In this document: positions 62,980-64,000 of the stretch, piece after piece | How the letters are laid out: each line of letters opens with the position of its first letter | How positions within the stretch are numbered: the first letter of the stretch is position 1 | DNA from: Raillietiella orientalis | Lineage: Eukaryota | Length of the DNA stretch: 64,000 nt | Reading direction: 5' to 3' | NCBI GenBank assembly: GCA_036172245.1 | Contig: JAYWIR010000004.1 | Span: forward strand, 4,836,001-4,900,000 | Translations under genes and position numbers: made by a program | Notes under the pieces: generated by a model | The model's database searches: none | Told to the model about the DNA's origin: nothing | What the model saw: the letters and a program-made list of their open reading frames with translations, nothing else

Positions 62980-64000
62980 CTGAAACGGCAACAGCAACGC
63001 GCTAGGTCTTCGGTCTTGGCCCCGGGGAAAGACGGGAACGACACGGCGCTCTCAGGCAGCGGCGGCACGCGAGCAACGGGTCTCAAGCCGGTGTATCTCG
63101 AGATCCAGGTCCACTCTATCTGGAGAAGCGAGCGCAGTGGTGGATGGCCGTGAAGCCCAGGCTCACGCTGTGTGGACCGACAGTTTTCTCAAAGCACGAG
63201 CCGACCCCTCAGGTCTCCGGACACCGTGGAATTTCTCAGTGGGGCGTCCCCCCTCCGTGGACGCCTGAGCTCAGATCCCCCCTCTCGGGTCCCTCTCGAC
63301 CAGAAAAACTTCCGCCGCGTCTGGACCGCTAGAGTTTTTACGATCGCCACGTGCAGCCGACTTCAAGTCGCGTTAGGTCGGCTTTGTGCCCGCCCGGGAA
63401 GCCCGAGTCTCGGATACGGACCGAGAGTTTCCTCTCCGTAGGAACGGCGGGATCAGAGCGAAATTCTAGGGAGCTGCCCTCTGTTGGGAGCAGTTGCTCC
63501 GCGAGGCACTCGCCGCGGGCGGAAGGGGAGTCCATGGTCCCGCCTCTTGCACCGGGCTCAGTCGGATCATGTGTCCGGACGGCAGCCTCGTTCTTCCCAC
63601 TCCGAATGGCTCCGGGATTCATCCAAAGAGGCCCGCGGCGGAAGGACACGTCAGAGTTGCCGGAGGCCGCCTCGCGTCTTCTGCAAGCTTCGCTGCCGTC
63701 AGCTCAAGTGGTTGATCGGCTCTCAAGAGAGGGGGAACCGAAGGCCGGTTTGTCGCTGCATTGCTCGAAAGGACACGGAACAACGCAGGAATTCCTGATC
63801 TTCGAGGACCCTGGTTGCGCGTAAGTCCTGACACGGACGAGGAGTCTCCAGAGATTTCAAGTCGCTCGGCGGGATGAAATCATGTTGCAAGAAAAAAAAA
63901 AAGAAAGGAAAAGAAAGGAAGGAAAGGAAGCTCTTTTTGAGCACAACAGATCGGGCGGAAGATCATGGGAGTTAAGCATGGAGGTTACACTGACCGAATG

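Overview
Eukaryotic (invertebrate-type) genomic DNA. Most introns are very short (about 38-63 nt), and GC-rich blocks alternate abruptly with AT-rich, CpG-poor blocks. Hand-built gene models: (1) a giant AHNAK-like repeat protein (>5,000 aa, 5' end outside the window) with a 13-kb exon holding about 7.3 near-identical 1116-bp units; (2) a KIAA0232-like gene whose spliced C-terminus carries tandem CCCH zinc fingers that the ORF track misses; (3) CEP104; (4) an apparently non-coding, multi-exon snoRNA host gene with intronic box C/D RNAs (U14-like, U32/snR40-like and a candidate new 18S guide); (5) a type II membrane protein ending in a furin site plus a CACACD hexapeptide; (6) the 3' part of TTLL9, tail-to-tail with (5). 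Most other ORFs in the track are GC-rich or antisense shadows. All identifications come from motif recognition and manual splice-phase checks; no database search was run.
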